Shown: positions 38,262-48,480, counted from the first letter of the stretch. The stretch is DNA of 64,000 nucleotides from Candidatus Sericytochromatia bacterium (GCA_036676985.1 JAKFBU010000056.1:96001-160000), one strand, 5' to 3'. The notes: generated by a model not told the origin, from the sequence alone. A program made the numbers and translations.

Positions 38262-38570
38262 ATGGACAAGGCACGCCAGATCGAGAAAATCGCCCGCCTG
38301 ACAGCGGAGCATCCCGAGGTGGCGGTCGAGCTGCTCGATAACGTCGGCAACATCCGGATTATCCTATTCAACGGCATGAGCCACCCGGAATGCCTGCCGA
38401 CCGGCGGCAAGCGCGACTTCCTGAGGGACGACGCGAACCCCCTCGAGGCCATCGAGCGGGCCAACGTCTTTCCTCGCGAGCTCTACGAAGACTCGGCCCT
38501 CATCGACTACGAGCCCATCGCCGAGCGCGTGAGCCTCGACGAGGCGATCCGCGCCATCGAAGAGGACTGA
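38262..38570 (+). CDS. Hypothetical protein
   Basis: AGGAGG RBS overlapping the previous stop; typical codon usage. Confidence 0.7.
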   Translation: MDKARQIEKIARLTAEHPEVAVELLDNVGNIRIILFNGMSHPECLPTGGKRDFLRDDANPLEAIERANVFPRELYEDSALIDYEPIAERVSLDEAIRAIEED

Positions 38571-38581
38571 GCCTGGACGGG

Positions 38582-39307
38582 CTAGTGCCCGTGATCGCAG
38601 CAGCTGTGGCCGTGGCCCTCGTCCTGGGGGCCATGGCCGCAGCCCGCATGGTCGTGGTGATGCTCGTGCTGCAGGCCCACCTCGGCGCCGACGTCCAGAT
38701 CCTCGACGCTGGCGAGGAACTCGTAGACCACGTCTACGAAGGCGTCGCTAAGGGGCGGCGCGTCGGGGCCGCCGTGCGCGCACCGCCACGCTTCGGCCGC
38801 GAACTGGGCGGCCGTCAGGCCCTCAGGGTGCTCGACGACCACCGCGCGGACCGCGGGCATGAGGGTCTCGATGCCCACCATCTCGGGCGCGAAGACGCTC
38901 GGCGTGACCCACTCCCCGTCCCGGGCCGTGCCCGTCCCCTGGTGCTGGGCCCGGATCACCTTGTAGAAGCGGTAGGTGTCCGCCGACGACTCCCCGCCGA
39001 GGGCCAAGGGCTCCTGGATGGTGAGGAAGTCCCCGGGGGCGATCCCGAGTCGGGAGAGGGCCGTCTCGGCGTCCGCCGCCGTCTCGATGCCCGCCTTGAC
39101 GAAGGCGAGCTCGTAGCTCTGGGCCTGCGAGGTCCAACCGTCGGCGTAGAGGCGCTCCATGACGTCCGCGACCGCCTGCATGCGGCGCGCGAGCCGTTCG
39201 GCGTAGCTCCGGATGGCCTCCGGGGAGAGGTCCGCCACCGGGCCTTGGCCCCAGCCCAACTCGCCGTAGGGGGTACCGTGCAGGTGCAGCGAGACTTCGA
39301 TCGCCAA
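38582..39307 (-). CDS. Hypothetical protein with His/Cys-rich C-terminal tail
   Basis: AAGGAG RBS, TTG start; ends HEHHHDHAGCGHGPQDEGHGHSCCDHGH. Confidence 0.7.
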   Translation of the reverse strand: MAIEVSLHLHGTPYGELGWGQGPVADLSPEAIRSYAERLARRMQAVADVMERLYADGWTSQAQSYELAFVKAGIETAADAETALSRLGIAPGDFLTIQEPLALGGESSADTYRFYKVIRAQHQGTGTARDGEWVTPSVFAPEMVGIETLMPAVRAVVVEHPEGLTAAQFAAEAWRCAHGGPDAPPLSDAFVDVVYEFLASVEDLDVGAEVGLQHEHHHDHAGCGHGPQDEGHGHSCCDHGH

Positions 39308-39364
39308 GGGTCGCTCCTTCGTAGCGGGGTGCTCGGCGATCCTAACACAGGGCGCGGGGCGCGC

Positions 39365-40867
39365 CTAGCCCGCCTCGGGAGCCGGCGAGGGGATGTCGGA
39401 GACCTCGGAGGCGGCCCGCAGGCGGCCCTTCGGCCGCTGATCGGCGATCCTGGGCTCCTCGGACTCGCTGCCGTCCGCGAGCAGGAGCTCAAGCGCCCGC
39501 TCGTCGCCGATGCGCTCGATGGCCTTGATGACCACGTGCCTAAAGGAGACGGGCTCGCCGTCCTCGCGCCGCCGGCGGGCGGACCGGATCGGCTGGGGCT
39601 TGGGCCGCTTGACGATACCCACGCGCTCCCAGAAGGTCGGCTGGGGCTTGGGAATGTTGAGGGTGGCCAAGAGGGGCCGGACGGCCTTCACGTCCCCGAG
39701 CTCCCCGAGGGCCTCGGCGGCCGCGAAGCGCACGCCGAGATCCGGGTCGTTCAGGGCGTCGATCAGGGGATCCACCGCCCGACCGTCGCCGATGGCGCGC
39801 AGGGCGATCGCCACGGCCCGCCGCACGTCCCGGCTGGAGTCCGCCTCGAGGGCCTGGATCAAGGCGTCGAGGGCCTGGGAGTCCGCGATGAGGCCGAGGG
39901 CCTCGGCAGCCTTGAGGCGCACGACCCGGTGGCCGTCCTTCAGGGCCTTGATGAGGGGACCCACCGAGCGGCTGTCGCAGAAGCTCGCCATGGCCGCGAC
40001 CGCCGCCGTGCGCACCCGGTGCTCCGGGTCGGCGAGGCTCGCCATGATGGGCTCCACGGCCCGGAAGTCCCCCAAGAGCTCCAGGGCCTTGATGACGATG
40101 ACCCGGAAGGCCGAGTTGGTCTCGCGGATGTTCGGCTCGTCGTAGCGCTTCTTGTCGAAGAGGCCGCGCTTGCGCGGCTGCATGACGAGGCCCTCCAGCA
40201 AGGGAGCCACGGCCCGCTCGTCGCCGATCTCGCCCAGGGTCTCGGCGGCCGCCTCGCGGACCCAGTGGTCCGGATCGTGCAGGGCTTCGATGAGGGGCTC
40301 AACCGCCCGGCTATTGCCGAGCTGCTTGAGGGCGAGGGCGCAGTGCCGGCGCACGTCCCGGCACGAGTCGCCGAGGGCGGCAATCATGCTCTCGACGGCC
40401 TTGGTGTCGCCCAGGGTCCCGAGCGCCTCGGCGGCCTTGCGGCGCACCGCCCGGTTGGGATCCTTGAGGGCCTTCATGAGGGGCTCGACCGAACGGCTGT
40501 CGTTGAAGACGATGAGGCCGTCCACCGCCGCCGCGCGCACCCGGAACTCGGGATCGCCGAGGGCGTCGATGAGGGGCTCCACCGCCCGGAAGTCCTTGAG
40601 CTCTTGGAGGGCCTCGACGACCAGCACGCGGATCTTCCAGCTGGTGCAAGTCAGCGCCTTGATCAGGGGCTCCACGGCGCGCGGATCGCCGAACTCGCCC
40701 AGCGCCCGCACGGCGGTGGCGCGGATCTCGAGGTCGGAGCTCTCCAACGCCTTGATGTGCGCCAGGACGTCGGCGTAATCTCCCTTGCCCTCTTGCCCGG
40801 GCTCGCGGATCGGCTTGGCGGGCTTGCTTAGCGGCCCGGTGGAGTCCCTGTCTTTGCGCGTTTCCAC
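39365..40867 (-). CDS. HEAT-repeat (PBS lyase HEAT-like) protein
   Basis: Repeated 'VR..AAEALG..GD.RAVEPLI.AL.D' units. Confidence 0.9.
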   Translation of the reverse strand: METRKDRDSTGPLSKPAKPIREPGQEGKGDYADVLAHIKALESSDLEIRATAVRALGEFGDPRAVEPLIKALTCTSWKIRVLVVEALQELKDFRAVEPLIDALGDPEFRVRAAAVDGLIVFNDSRSVEPLMKALKDPNRAVRRKAAEALGTLGDTKAVESMIAALGDSCRDVRRHCALALKQLGNSRAVEPLIEALHDPDHWVREAAAETLGEIGDERAVAPLLEGLVMQPRKRGLFDKKRYDEPNIRETNSAFRVIVIKALELLGDFRAVEPIMASLADPEHRVRTAAVAAMASFCDSRSVGPLIKALKDGHRVVRLKAAEALGLIADSQALDALIQALEADSSRDVRRAVAIALRAIGDGRAVDPLIDALNDPDLGVRFAAAEALGELGDVKAVRPLLATLNIPKPQPTFWERVGIVKRPKPQPIRSARRRREDGEPVSFRHVVIKAIERIGDERALELLLADGSESEEPRIADQRPKGRLRAASEVSDIPSPAPEAG

Positions 40868-41045
40868 GGCTTTCCTCGATTCCGCTCCGATCCTCCCAAG
40901 GCACAGCCAGGGTTTGGAGCCTACCCCAAGAGGATAAACCCCGATCGCTCAACAGGCAAACGTTCGTGACGTCCAAAGTTTGGCGCAGTAAAATAGTGAT
41001 CTTGCCCTCGCCGGTCGCGAGGGGTCGCCGAGAAGGGAGTCCGTC

Positions 41046-42359
41046 GTGTTCAAGCGTCGCCGCGAAGCATTCATGAAAGCCATGGGTCCAGGAGTTGCCG
41101 TCATTCCGAGCGCTCCATCGGCCCATCGCACCGCAGACCAAGACTTCGGCTACCGCCAGGATAGCGACTTCTACTATCTGACTGGCTTCAAGGAGCCCGA
41201 GTCCGTTCTGGTCCTCGCCCCGCAGCATCCCGAGCACCAGGTCATCCTGTTCGTGCGGCCGCGCGACAAGGAGCGCGAGATCTGGGACGGTCGCCGGGCG
41301 GGCACCGAGGGGGCCATGCGCGAGTACGGCGCGGACGCGGCCTATACCATCGACCAGCTCGAGACGGTCCTGCCCCAGTACCTCGACAACCAGTCGACGC
41401 TCTACTTCCGGATCGGCCGCGCGCCCCAGTGGGACGAGCGGATCCTGGGCCTCGTCCAGAGCTATCGCACCAAGGCCCGCAGCGGCGTCACGGGGCCCAC
41501 CACGATCGTGGACCCGGCCGCCCTCCTGCACGAGATGCGGCTCTTCAAGTCCCCGGAGGAAGCCGACCTCATGCGCCGTTCGGGCGCCATCGCGGCCGAG
41601 GCCCACGTGCGCGCCATGCAAGAGACGCGCCCCGGCATGATGGAGTACGAGGTCCAGGCCGAGCTGGAGTACGTCTTCAAGCGGCGCGGAGCCATGGGGC
41701 CCGCCTACGGCTCCATCGTGGGCGGCGGCGACAACGCCTGCATCCTCCACTACGGCGAGAACGACGCGCGCCTCGAGGACGGCGACCTCCTGCTCATCGA
41801 CGCGGGGGCCGAATACGAGTTCTACGCCTCCGACATCACGCGCACCTTCCCCGTGAACGGCCGCTTCAGCCCGGCCCAGCGGGCCGTCTACGAGGTCGTC
41901 CTGGAGGCCCAGCTCGAGGCCATCCGCCTGTGCCGGCCGGGCGTGAGCTTCATGGCCGTGCACGAGCGGGCCGTGGAGGTCCTCACGGCGGGCCTGGTGA
42001 AGATCGGCCTGCTCAAGGGCGACGTGGCGGAGCTCGTCAAGTCCGAGGCGTACAAGCCCTTCTACATGCACAAGACCGGCCACTGGCTCGGCATCGACGT
42101 GCACGACGTGGGCTCCTACAAGGTCGACGGCGAGTGGCGCACCTTCGAGCCCGGCATGGTGACGACCGTCGAGCCGGGGCTCTACATCGCCCGCGGCACC
42201 GAGGGGGTCGATCCCCGGTACTGGGGGATCGGCATCCGGATCGAGGACGACATCCTCATCACGGCGGACGGTTGCGAGGTCCTGACGGCGGGCGTGCCCA
42301 AGGCCGTCGACGAGATCGAGCGGCTCATGGCCGAGTCGGGCCTGGCCGCCGCGCGCTAG
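41046..42359 (+). CDS. pepP: Xaa-Pro aminopeptidase
   Basis: RQDSDFYYLTGF, LIDAG, SDITRT, GHWLG.DVHD, TVEPG, IRIEDD. Confidence 0.95.
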   Translation: MFKRRREAFMKAMGPGVAVIPSAPSAHRTADQDFGYRQDSDFYYLTGFKEPESVLVLAPQHPEHQVILFVRPRDKEREIWDGRRAGTEGAMREYGADAAYTIDQLETVLPQYLDNQSTLYFRIGRAPQWDERILGLVQSYRTKARSGVTGPTTIVDPAALLHEMRLFKSPEEADLMRRSGAIAAEAHVRAMQETRPGMMEYEVQAELEYVFKRRGAMGPAYGSIVGGGDNACILHYGENDARLEDGDLLLIDAGAEYEFYASDITRTFPVNGRFSPAQRAVYEVVLEAQLEAIRLCRPGVSFMAVHERAVEVLTAGLVKIGLLKGDVAELVKSEAYKPFYMHKTGHWLGIDVHDVGSYKVDGEWRTFEPGMVTTVEPGLYIARGTEGVDPRYWGIGIRIEDDILITADGCEVLTAGVPKAVDEIERLMAESGLAAAR

Positions 42360-42361
42360 CC

Positions 42362-42958
42362 TTGTACGACCGGCTGATCCAGTACCGACCGCGCCCGGCC
42401 CACGCGCCGGGCTCCACCGCCTCGGCGGTGCTCGTGCCGATCCTCTCCGGCGACGGGGAGGATCGGCTGCTCTTCACCAAGCGCACGCAGACCCTCAACA
42501 GCCACAAGGGGCAGGTCTGCTTCCCGGGCGGCAAGCGATCGCCCGAAGACCCCGATCTGGTCGCCACCGCCCTGCGCGAGGCCGAAGAGGAGGTGGGCAT
42601 CCGGCCGGCGGACGTGGAGCTGTTGGGCGTGCTCGACGACGTGGCGACGCTCACGGGCTTCACCATCACGCCGGTGGTGGGCCGGATCCGGGCGCCCTAC
42701 CCGTTTCGGCCCAACCCGGCCGAGATCGACCGGCTCCTCGAGGTGCCGCTGGCGGAGCTGCTGGTGCCGGAGGCGATCGCCCTCGAGGAGCGCATCACGC
42801 CGGGCGGCCAGGTCCTCAACATCTACTCCTTTTGGGCCGAGGGCGACCTTGTCTGGGGAGCGACGGCTCGGATCACCAAGCGGTTCGTGGATCTGCTGAC
42901 GGACAGTGACACGCCGATGGCGCCCGAGCTTCCGGATCAAGGGTCGTTTGGGCGCTGA
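42362..42958 (+). CDS. CoA pyrophosphatase (Nudix); start approximate
   Basis: LFTKR..LNSHKGQVCFPGG UPF0035 motif; ALREAEEEVG Nudix box; VWGATA. Confidence 0.88.
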   Translation: MYDRLIQYRPRPAHAPGSTASAVLVPILSGDGEDRLLFTKRTQTLNSHKGQVCFPGGKRSPEDPDLVATALREAEEEVGIRPADVELLGVLDDVATLTGFTITPVVGRIRAPYPFRPNPAEIDRLLEVPLAELLVPEAIALEERITPGGQVLNIYSFWAEGDLVWGATARITKRFVDLLTDSDTPMAPELPDQGSFGR

Positions 42959-43050
42959 CAAGGAGCTGGCGGCGGCTTTGGTCAACCTGCCGTGGGCGAT
43001 GGCCGCCCCGGCGGGCTAGGATGGCACCGGAGTCCGGTGGAGGAGGTGCC

Positions 43051-43290
43051 ATGAAGCCCGTCGAGGAGATGAGTCGCCAGGAAGCCATCCAGGAACTGGA
43101 TAAGCGAGCCAAGAACGCCTTCGGGCCCGACGTGCGGCTCAAGGCCGTCTTTTACCGCAACCTCAACTGGGAGGCCGAGCTCGAGGGAGCCGGCCTGCCG
43201 GAGGGGACGCACGGGTTCCTGTATGACGATCAGTCGGGGGACGTGCAGTTCGAGACCCGCCTCGAACCCGGCGTCCATCCCCACGAGTAG
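43051..43290 (+). CDS. Hypothetical protein
   Basis: GGAGGAGG RBS before MKPVEEMS. Confidence 0.65.
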   Translation: MKPVEEMSRQEAIQELDKRAKNAFGPDVRLKAVFYRNLNWEAELEGAGLPEGTHGFLYDDQSGDVQFETRLEPGVHPHE

Positions 43291-43302
43291 GCGCTAGGCG
43301 CG

Positions 43303-44586
43303 CTAAGCGCTCAACATCACCTGGTTGCGACCCCGGTGCTTGGCCTCGTAAACCGCCCGATCGGCGCGGTCCAAGAGGGAGGCCGGGGTCATGTCTTCGG
43401 CCTGGAGCTGGGCCACGCCGATGGACACCGTCACGCTCACCATCCGCGGGCCGTTGGCCTCCTGGATCGACAGGTCCCTGACGACCTCGCGCAGGCGCTC
43501 GGCGAGGATGTAGGCCCCCTCGAGATCGGTCTGCGGCAGGAGCATGGCGAGCTCTTCGCCCCCGTAGCGCGCCACCGTGTCGCAGGAGCGTGCCGTCTCC
43601 TGCACGGTCTGGGCCACGACGCGCAGCACCTCGTCGCCCGTGAGGTGGCCGAAGGTGTCGTTGATCCGCTTGAAGTGGTCGATGTCGATGAAGAGCAGGC
43701 TGATGGGCTGCTCAAAGCGCCGGGCCTCGTAAAAGCGCTTGGCGAGCTGCTCCTGGAAGTGCATGTGGGTCGTGAGGCCCGTCAGGCCATCCGTGACGGC
43801 CTTCTTCTGCGCATCCACGTAGAGGCGGCTCACGGCCTCGAGCTTGGAGAGGTGCAGCGCCTGCTCGGCTCTGAGCTGGTGGGGGGCGAGGGCCGCGGAG
43901 ATGGCCGCCCCCAGGCGAGCGACCAGGTCCAGCTCGCGGGCGTCGTAGGGACGGCCGGTGCGGCGCTTGCCCATGGTGATGAGGCCCAACAGCTGGCCGT
44001 GCAGGGTGAGCGGAACGCAGACGTGCGCGCCCACTTGCAGCATGAGCTGGTCGAAGGCCTCAGGCGGCTTCGCTCCGGGGTCCTCGAGCACCCATGGACC
44101 CTCCGGACGGCCCTTGAGCAGCTGCCGCATGGAGAATTCGGGGATGACCATGCTCGCGGGCAAGCGTCCGTGGCCCGCGACCAGGTGCAGGCTCGGCTCG
44201 CCCGCGGGCGGCAGCCACAAGAAGAGGTGGTGCGGCTTGAAGGCCTTCTGGAGCGTGGCGACCGCGAGGTTCGCCACCGCCACGAGGTCCTTGCGGGTCC
44301 GGGCCGCCTCGGTGAAGTGGCGAACCAGCCGCGAGTCGGAGGCCAGCTCGGCCATGCCGAAGGCGCTCAGGCGGCGCAACGGGCCGAGTCCCAGGGCCAC
44401 GCCCGCTCCGGCCAGCAAGCAAGCCGACGAGGGCGACCAGCCGAGTCCTTCCGTCAAGCCGGCGGACACTCCAACGTAGGCGCCGAGCGTCGTTCCGACG
44501 GTCAGGGCGAACGCCCCCAAGCGGGAGGCGAGGGGGGCCTTGCGAGGCTTGGCGGCTTTCTTACGCTTGATCGGTTTCCGGGTCAT
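43303..44586 (-). CDS. Membrane-anchored GAF-GGDEF diguanylate cyclase
   Basis: DGLTGL, DIDHFKRINDTFGH, RYGGEEL and I-site RSCD; N-terminal TM segments and a GAF-like region. Confidence 0.93.
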   Translation of the reverse strand: MTRKPIKRKKAAKPRKAPLASRLGAFALTVGTTLGAYVGVSAGLTEGLGWSPSSACLLAGAGVALGLGPLRRLSAFGMAELASDSRLVRHFTEAARTRKDLVAVANLAVATLQKAFKPHHLFLWLPPAGEPSLHLVAGHGRLPASMVIPEFSMRQLLKGRPEGPWVLEDPGAKPPEAFDQLMLQVGAHVCVPLTLHGQLLGLITMGKRRTGRPYDARELDLVARLGAAISAALAPHQLRAEQALHLSKLEAVSRLYVDAQKKAVTDGLTGLTTHMHFQEQLAKRFYEARRFEQPISLLFIDIDHFKRINDTFGHLTGDEVLRVVAQTVQETARSCDTVARYGGEELAMLLPQTDLEGAYILAERLREVVRDLSIQEANGPRMVSVTVSIGVAQLQAEDMTPASLLDRADRAVYEAKHRGRNQVMLSA

Positions 44587-44629
44587 ACCCCCAGCATAAG
44601 CCGGTCATAACCCGATGCAAGTGCAGGCG

Positions 44630-44908
44630 TCACGTCACCCGCGGAGGGCGCCGCCGATCGTCCTCGGCCTGTTGCAGGAGCTCGGCGGCGAGCGTCGGAT
44701 CCACCTCGCGCAGCCGCGGGTTGTAGCGGGGACTGTCGGGGGGCACGTCCTGGAGGTCGTTCACGGGGAGCGCCCCCTCGAACTCCATCTGTCCCCGGAC
44801 CAGCTGGCTCAGGAACACCGACAGGCCGAAGGATGCGGCCACGAAGAGCACGACCAGGCCCAGGCTGAGCACGACCACGAGCCAGAGCGGCAAGGCGAAC
44901 TGAACCAT
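44630..44908 (-). CDS. Small membrane hypothetical protein
   Basis: N-terminal TM helix; AAGGGGG upstream. Confidence 0.6.
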   Translation of the reverse strand: MVQFALPLWLVVVLSLGLVVLFVAASFGLSVFLSQLVRGQMEFEGALPVNDLQDVPPDSPRYNPRLREVDPTLAAELLQQAEDDRRRPPRVT

Positions 44909-44971
44909 GGCACCCCCCTTTCACGACGAGCCTACTGCTCGCGGGGGGCGGCGACAAGCGTCAGCCGTGGC

Positions 44972-45154
44972 TTACGCGGTCTGACCCTCGGCAGCCAGGC
45001 AGCACTTCTTGTGCTTCTTGCCGCTGCCGCAGGGGCACGGATCGTTGCGGCCCACCTTGGTCGCGGCCACGAACGGGGTCTGGGGACCGTGGTGATGGTG
45101 ATCGTGGTCGTGGTTGCACCCGGCATGGTGCACGTGGGGCTGATGCTCGGACAT
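44972..45154 (-). CDS. SEC-C metal-binding motif protein with His-rich N-terminus
   Basis: [20 protein letters not shown]. Confidence 0.85.
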   Translation of the reverse strand: MSEHQPHVHHAGCNHDHDHHHHGPQTPFVAATKVGRNDPCPCGSGKKHKKCCLAAEGQTA

Positions 45155-45289
45155 GGTTCCTCCAAACGGCAGGGGACACGCCCATTATACGCGACGCCCT
45201 CCATTAACCAACTCATCGTGTGATCTTAAGCAAGTTTTTACCACCTCACGCCGACAAGTCCTTCGTAGGCCAACCTGCGAGGTGTCCCC

Positions 45290-46015
45290 ATGACCCGTCC
45301 CATCCTCCTGAGCCTCCTGGCGCTGTCGCTCGCGAGCGGCTGCGGCATGGAGGCACCGACCGAGCCCGAGGTACCGGACGAGAGGCCTGCCGTCCAGCCG
45401 ATCAACCAGCCGACGCAGAGCAACCCGCAGGTCTTGCAGGGCATCTACCAGGAGGTGCTCGCCACCTACCAGCACGCCCAGACGCTCACGGCGGACTACG
45501 AGAATCGCCAGTCCAAGGGCAGCGAGCGCTACACGGCCACCGTCAAGATGAAGTTCGCCAAGCCCCGCAAGGTGCGGCTCGACGTCAAGGCCTGCAGCGA
45601 CTCCCTGGTGTCGGGCGCGACCATCATGTGGCTCGGCGGCACCACCATCAAGGGCTTCAAGCCGGTGGGGCCCCTCACCATCAAGCAGGAGCACAAGCTC
45701 GCCGAGAAGCCGTGCCTCAGAGGCTGGCTCTTCAACCAGACCGACTACGACGCCATGGTCCAGGCCCTCCTGCAAGGCCTCCCGAACGCCAAGTACCTCG
45801 GCAACGCCACGGTGGGCGGGCAGTCCATGCTCATGGTCGAGTTCCCGTCGAAGCTGACGGGCGTCACCCTCGAGCGGATCGGCCTCGATCCCAACAAGCG
45901 CCTTCCTGTCTACCGGGAGCTGCGCGAAACGGCCCAGGGGGCGCCCGTCTTCACGACGCTCTACACGAACGTCGTCCCCAACGCCACCTTGCCCAAGGAC
46001 GCGTTCAACCCCTAG
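45290..46015 (+). CDS. LolA-like fold lipoprotein
   Basis: Lipobox ASGC; 'TLTADY...MKFAKPRKVRLD' and 'NATLPKDAF' are typical of LolA-like proteins. Confidence 0.7.
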   Translation: MTRPILLSLLALSLASGCGMEAPTEPEVPDERPAVQPINQPTQSNPQVLQGIYQEVLATYQHAQTLTADYENRQSKGSERYTATVKMKFAKPRKVRLDVKACSDSLVSGATIMWLGGTTIKGFKPVGPLTIKQEHKLAEKPCLRGWLFNQTDYDAMVQALLQGLPNAKYLGNATVGGQSMLMVEFPSKLTGVTLERIGLDPNKRLPVYRELRETAQGAPVFTTLYTNVVPNATLPKDAFNP

Positions 46016-46036
46016 GTTCGGGGTATAATCGCGTCG

Positions 46037-47524
46037 ATGTCCGACGCACTCCCCTTCTGCCGCCGCCTTCCCCTCCGCCGCATGATCGCGGGCCTTTCGG
46101 CCGCCTTCATGCTCGCCGCGTGCGCCGAGCCGTTGCCGAACGCCGTCAACGGCCCCAAGGAGCCCGAGCGCGTCACCATCCGCAAGGCGCCCGACAAGAA
46201 GGGGCGGCTCGACCGCCTGCACGACCAGCTCGTGCTCTACACCGAAGGCACCGCCTACGATCAGGGCTTCCAGCACGGCTACCTGCTGCGCGACGAGATC
46301 CGCTCCTTCTACCGGGAGTACTACGAGAACAAGCTGATGCCCTCGGTCAAGCTCGTGCCGGGCTTCGCGTACTACTGGGCCGCGCGATCGCTCGAAAAGG
46401 AGCTCTCCGAGGACGAACGCTCCGAGCTCAAGGGGATCGCGGACGGCGCGAGCCTGCCCTTGGACCAGGTCCTGGTCATGCAGGCGAGCGCGCCCTGGGC
46501 CTCTACTGCCACCTGGATGGGCGATCGCCCCCTGCCCCGCCCCCTCTTCGGATCGGAGGCCTTCGTCGCGCGCGGCGGGGCCACCGTGGCGCGCGGGACC
46601 ATCGCGGCCTACAACCTGAGCGGCCTCGGCTTCGGCGTGCGCCACCACTTCGCCCTCCTGCGCGTCCATCGTCCCGCCAAGGGCCATGCCTTCGTGACGC
46701 CGGGCTTCGTGGGGCAGGTGCTCGACGCGTGGGGCGGCTGGAACGACCAGGGGCTCGCCATCGCGGCCAACGCCGGCCTCATGCGCTGGGAGAATCCCTC
46801 GGGACTGCCGGCCTCGGTGCTCACCCGCCGCATCATCCAGTCCTGCGCCTCGGTGGACGAGGCCGAAGCCCTCGTCCGCTCGGTGCGCCGGCGTTCGGGC
46901 CAGGGCCTGATCCTCACGCTCGCCACCCCCAAGGACGCGCGCGTGCTCGAGGTGGCACAGACGCTCTCGGAGGCATGGCAGGGCCACGATCGCCTGGTCT
47001 TGCGAGGGGCTGGTCCCGACGGCACGCTGCGGGCGGGCAACACCTACCAGGCGCGGGAGCTAGCGGGCCTCGCGGCCAAGGACCCGGCTGCCGTCGTGCG
47101 CGACGAGCGGATGCGCGACTTGTTGAATGGGGCGGTGGGCCGCCTGGACGTGACGCGGGCCATGGAGCTCTTGACGGATACTGTGGACCGCGCCACGGGC
47201 GCGGAGTCCGCCTCGGACCGGACGGTCTCCATCGGCAGCGCGCCGATCTTCTTCAAGCTGGGGCCCGTGCCCCTCTACGATCTGGGCCGGGTGACGACCA
47301 TGGTGAGCGCCGTGCGCGACCTGGATCAGGGCATGCTCTACCTGGCCCAGGGCCATGAGCGGATCGAGAGCCCCGCCCAGTTCGTGGGCTTCGACCTCAA
47401 GCAGCTCCTGGCGGGCACGGAGTCCGTGCCGGTGGTCCCGGTGCCGAGCGTCCCGCCGGCTACCGGCGGGACGCTCGTGACGATTCCTGGTTACTTAGAC
47501 AGGGTGTCCTTCAAGCCCTCGTAG
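46037..47524 (+). CDS. C45-like Ntn-hydrolase lipoprotein with non-canonical nucleophile
   Basis: GTAYDQGFQHG, ELKGIADGA, GG.NDQGL; GSEAF at the expected GCS/CT site. Confidence 0.7.
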   Translation: MSDALPFCRRLPLRRMIAGLSAAFMLAACAEPLPNAVNGPKEPERVTIRKAPDKKGRLDRLHDQLVLYTEGTAYDQGFQHGYLLRDEIRSFYREYYENKLMPSVKLVPGFAYYWAARSLEKELSEDERSELKGIADGASLPLDQVLVMQASAPWASTATWMGDRPLPRPLFGSEAFVARGGATVARGTIAAYNLSGLGFGVRHHFALLRVHRPAKGHAFVTPGFVGQVLDAWGGWNDQGLAIAANAGLMRWENPSGLPASVLTRRIIQSCASVDEAEALVRSVRRRSGQGLILTLATPKDARVLEVAQTLSEAWQGHDRLVLRGAGPDGTLRAGNTYQARELAGLAAKDPAAVVRDERMRDLLNGAVGRLDVTRAMELLTDTVDRATGAESASDRTVSIGSAPIFFKLGPVPLYDLGRVTTMVSAVRDLDQGMLYLAQGHERIESPAQFVGFDLKQLLAGTESVPVVPVPSVPPATGGTLVTIPGYLDRVSFKPS

Positions 47525-47760
47525 GTCCCCGTTTCGGCCGTGGCGCCGAGGGCCTTGTAGAGATCCTGCTTGGAGACCTCTGCGCTGTAGCGCACCGTCT
47601 CCGTCACGGCCAGCGGCTGCACGCGATCGCCCGACAAGAGGGCCTGGGCGACGGCCTTGGGCTTGGCCGTGGCCTGCATGGCCGTCGTCGTACCGCCCTG
47701 GGCGCAGCCCGCCATCAGCATGCCCAGTCCGACCACCGAGATCCATCCACGCAGGTTCAT
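47491..47760 (-). CDS. Small lipoprotein
   Basis: Lipobox MAGC; AAGGAG RBS. Confidence 0.65.
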   Translation of the reverse strand: MNLRGWISVVGLGMLMAGCAQGGTTTAMQATAKPKAVAQALLSGDRVQPLAVTETVRYSAEVSKQDLYKALGATAETGTYEGLKDTLSK

Positions 47761-47847
47761 TCATCGCTCCTTGTGTTGAGGCTCAATCCGACCGTCATGT
47801 ACCCGTCGGATCCGGCCCCCACGCGGGGCAATCGACCCAAATCGCGA

Positions 47848-48468
47848 CTAGTCGTCGGCCATGAACCGCTGCAGGTCGGCCTTGCTCCGGTTCAGGCGCA
47901 CCTGCTCGCCGATCTCCGCGACCCACGCGATGGGCAGCGTCACGTCCCGATGGAAGAAGAACCCGCGCCGCACCACCAGGGAGGCCGCCCGGCCGGTCGC
48001 CTCGTCCACGCAGACGTCCTCGACATGGCCCACCTTGCCGTCGGTCGCGAAGACCTCGGTGCCCGACTTCAGGGATAGCTCGCCCGGCGGCACGTTCTCC
48101 TCGACGAAGCTGGTGGGCTCGGGGACCTCGGCGGGCAGGTACCACCCCACGAGCGTGGAGGGCCACAGGACGCCCGTCGGCGTGAGCGTCTTGAGCGAGC
48201 CCATGGACTCGGGCGGCTCGTTGGTGAAGTGCTGCTTGAGGAAATCCGGCAAGGCGTCGAAGGCCGTCTGATCCAGGCGCAGATCCAGGCGCTCGCGGGT
48301 CGCCTCCGTCACCGCCTGGATCGGCACGACCTTGGAGGTCGCAAAGAGGCGGCCATGCCGGACCACCAGGTGCGTCACGCGCTCCTCGCTCGGATGCATG
48401 ACGATGGCCTCGACGCTTCCCAGGCGGCCGCCCGGACCGAAGACGGGCGTCCCGAGTTCGATGTTCAT
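47848..48468 (-). CDS. Tandem PRC-barrel domain protein
   Basis: 'GTPVFGPGGRLGSVE' and 'GTEVFATDGKVGHVE' repeats. Confidence 0.85.
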   Translation of the reverse strand: MNIELGTPVFGPGGRLGSVEAIVMHPSEERVTHLVVRHGRLFATSKVVPIQAVTEATRERLDLRLDQTAFDALPDFLKQHFTNEPPESMGSLKTLTPTGVLWPSTLVGWYLPAEVPEPTSFVEENVPPGELSLKSGTEVFATDGKVGHVEDVCVDEATGRAASLVVRRGFFFHRDVTLPIAWVAEIGEQVRLNRSKADLQRFMADD

Positions 48469-48480
48469 GGGCTGCCCCCT

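Noticed and set aside
38390-40831. 813-aa plus-strand ORF
   Set aside because: Antisense to the HEAT-repeat and His-tail genes.
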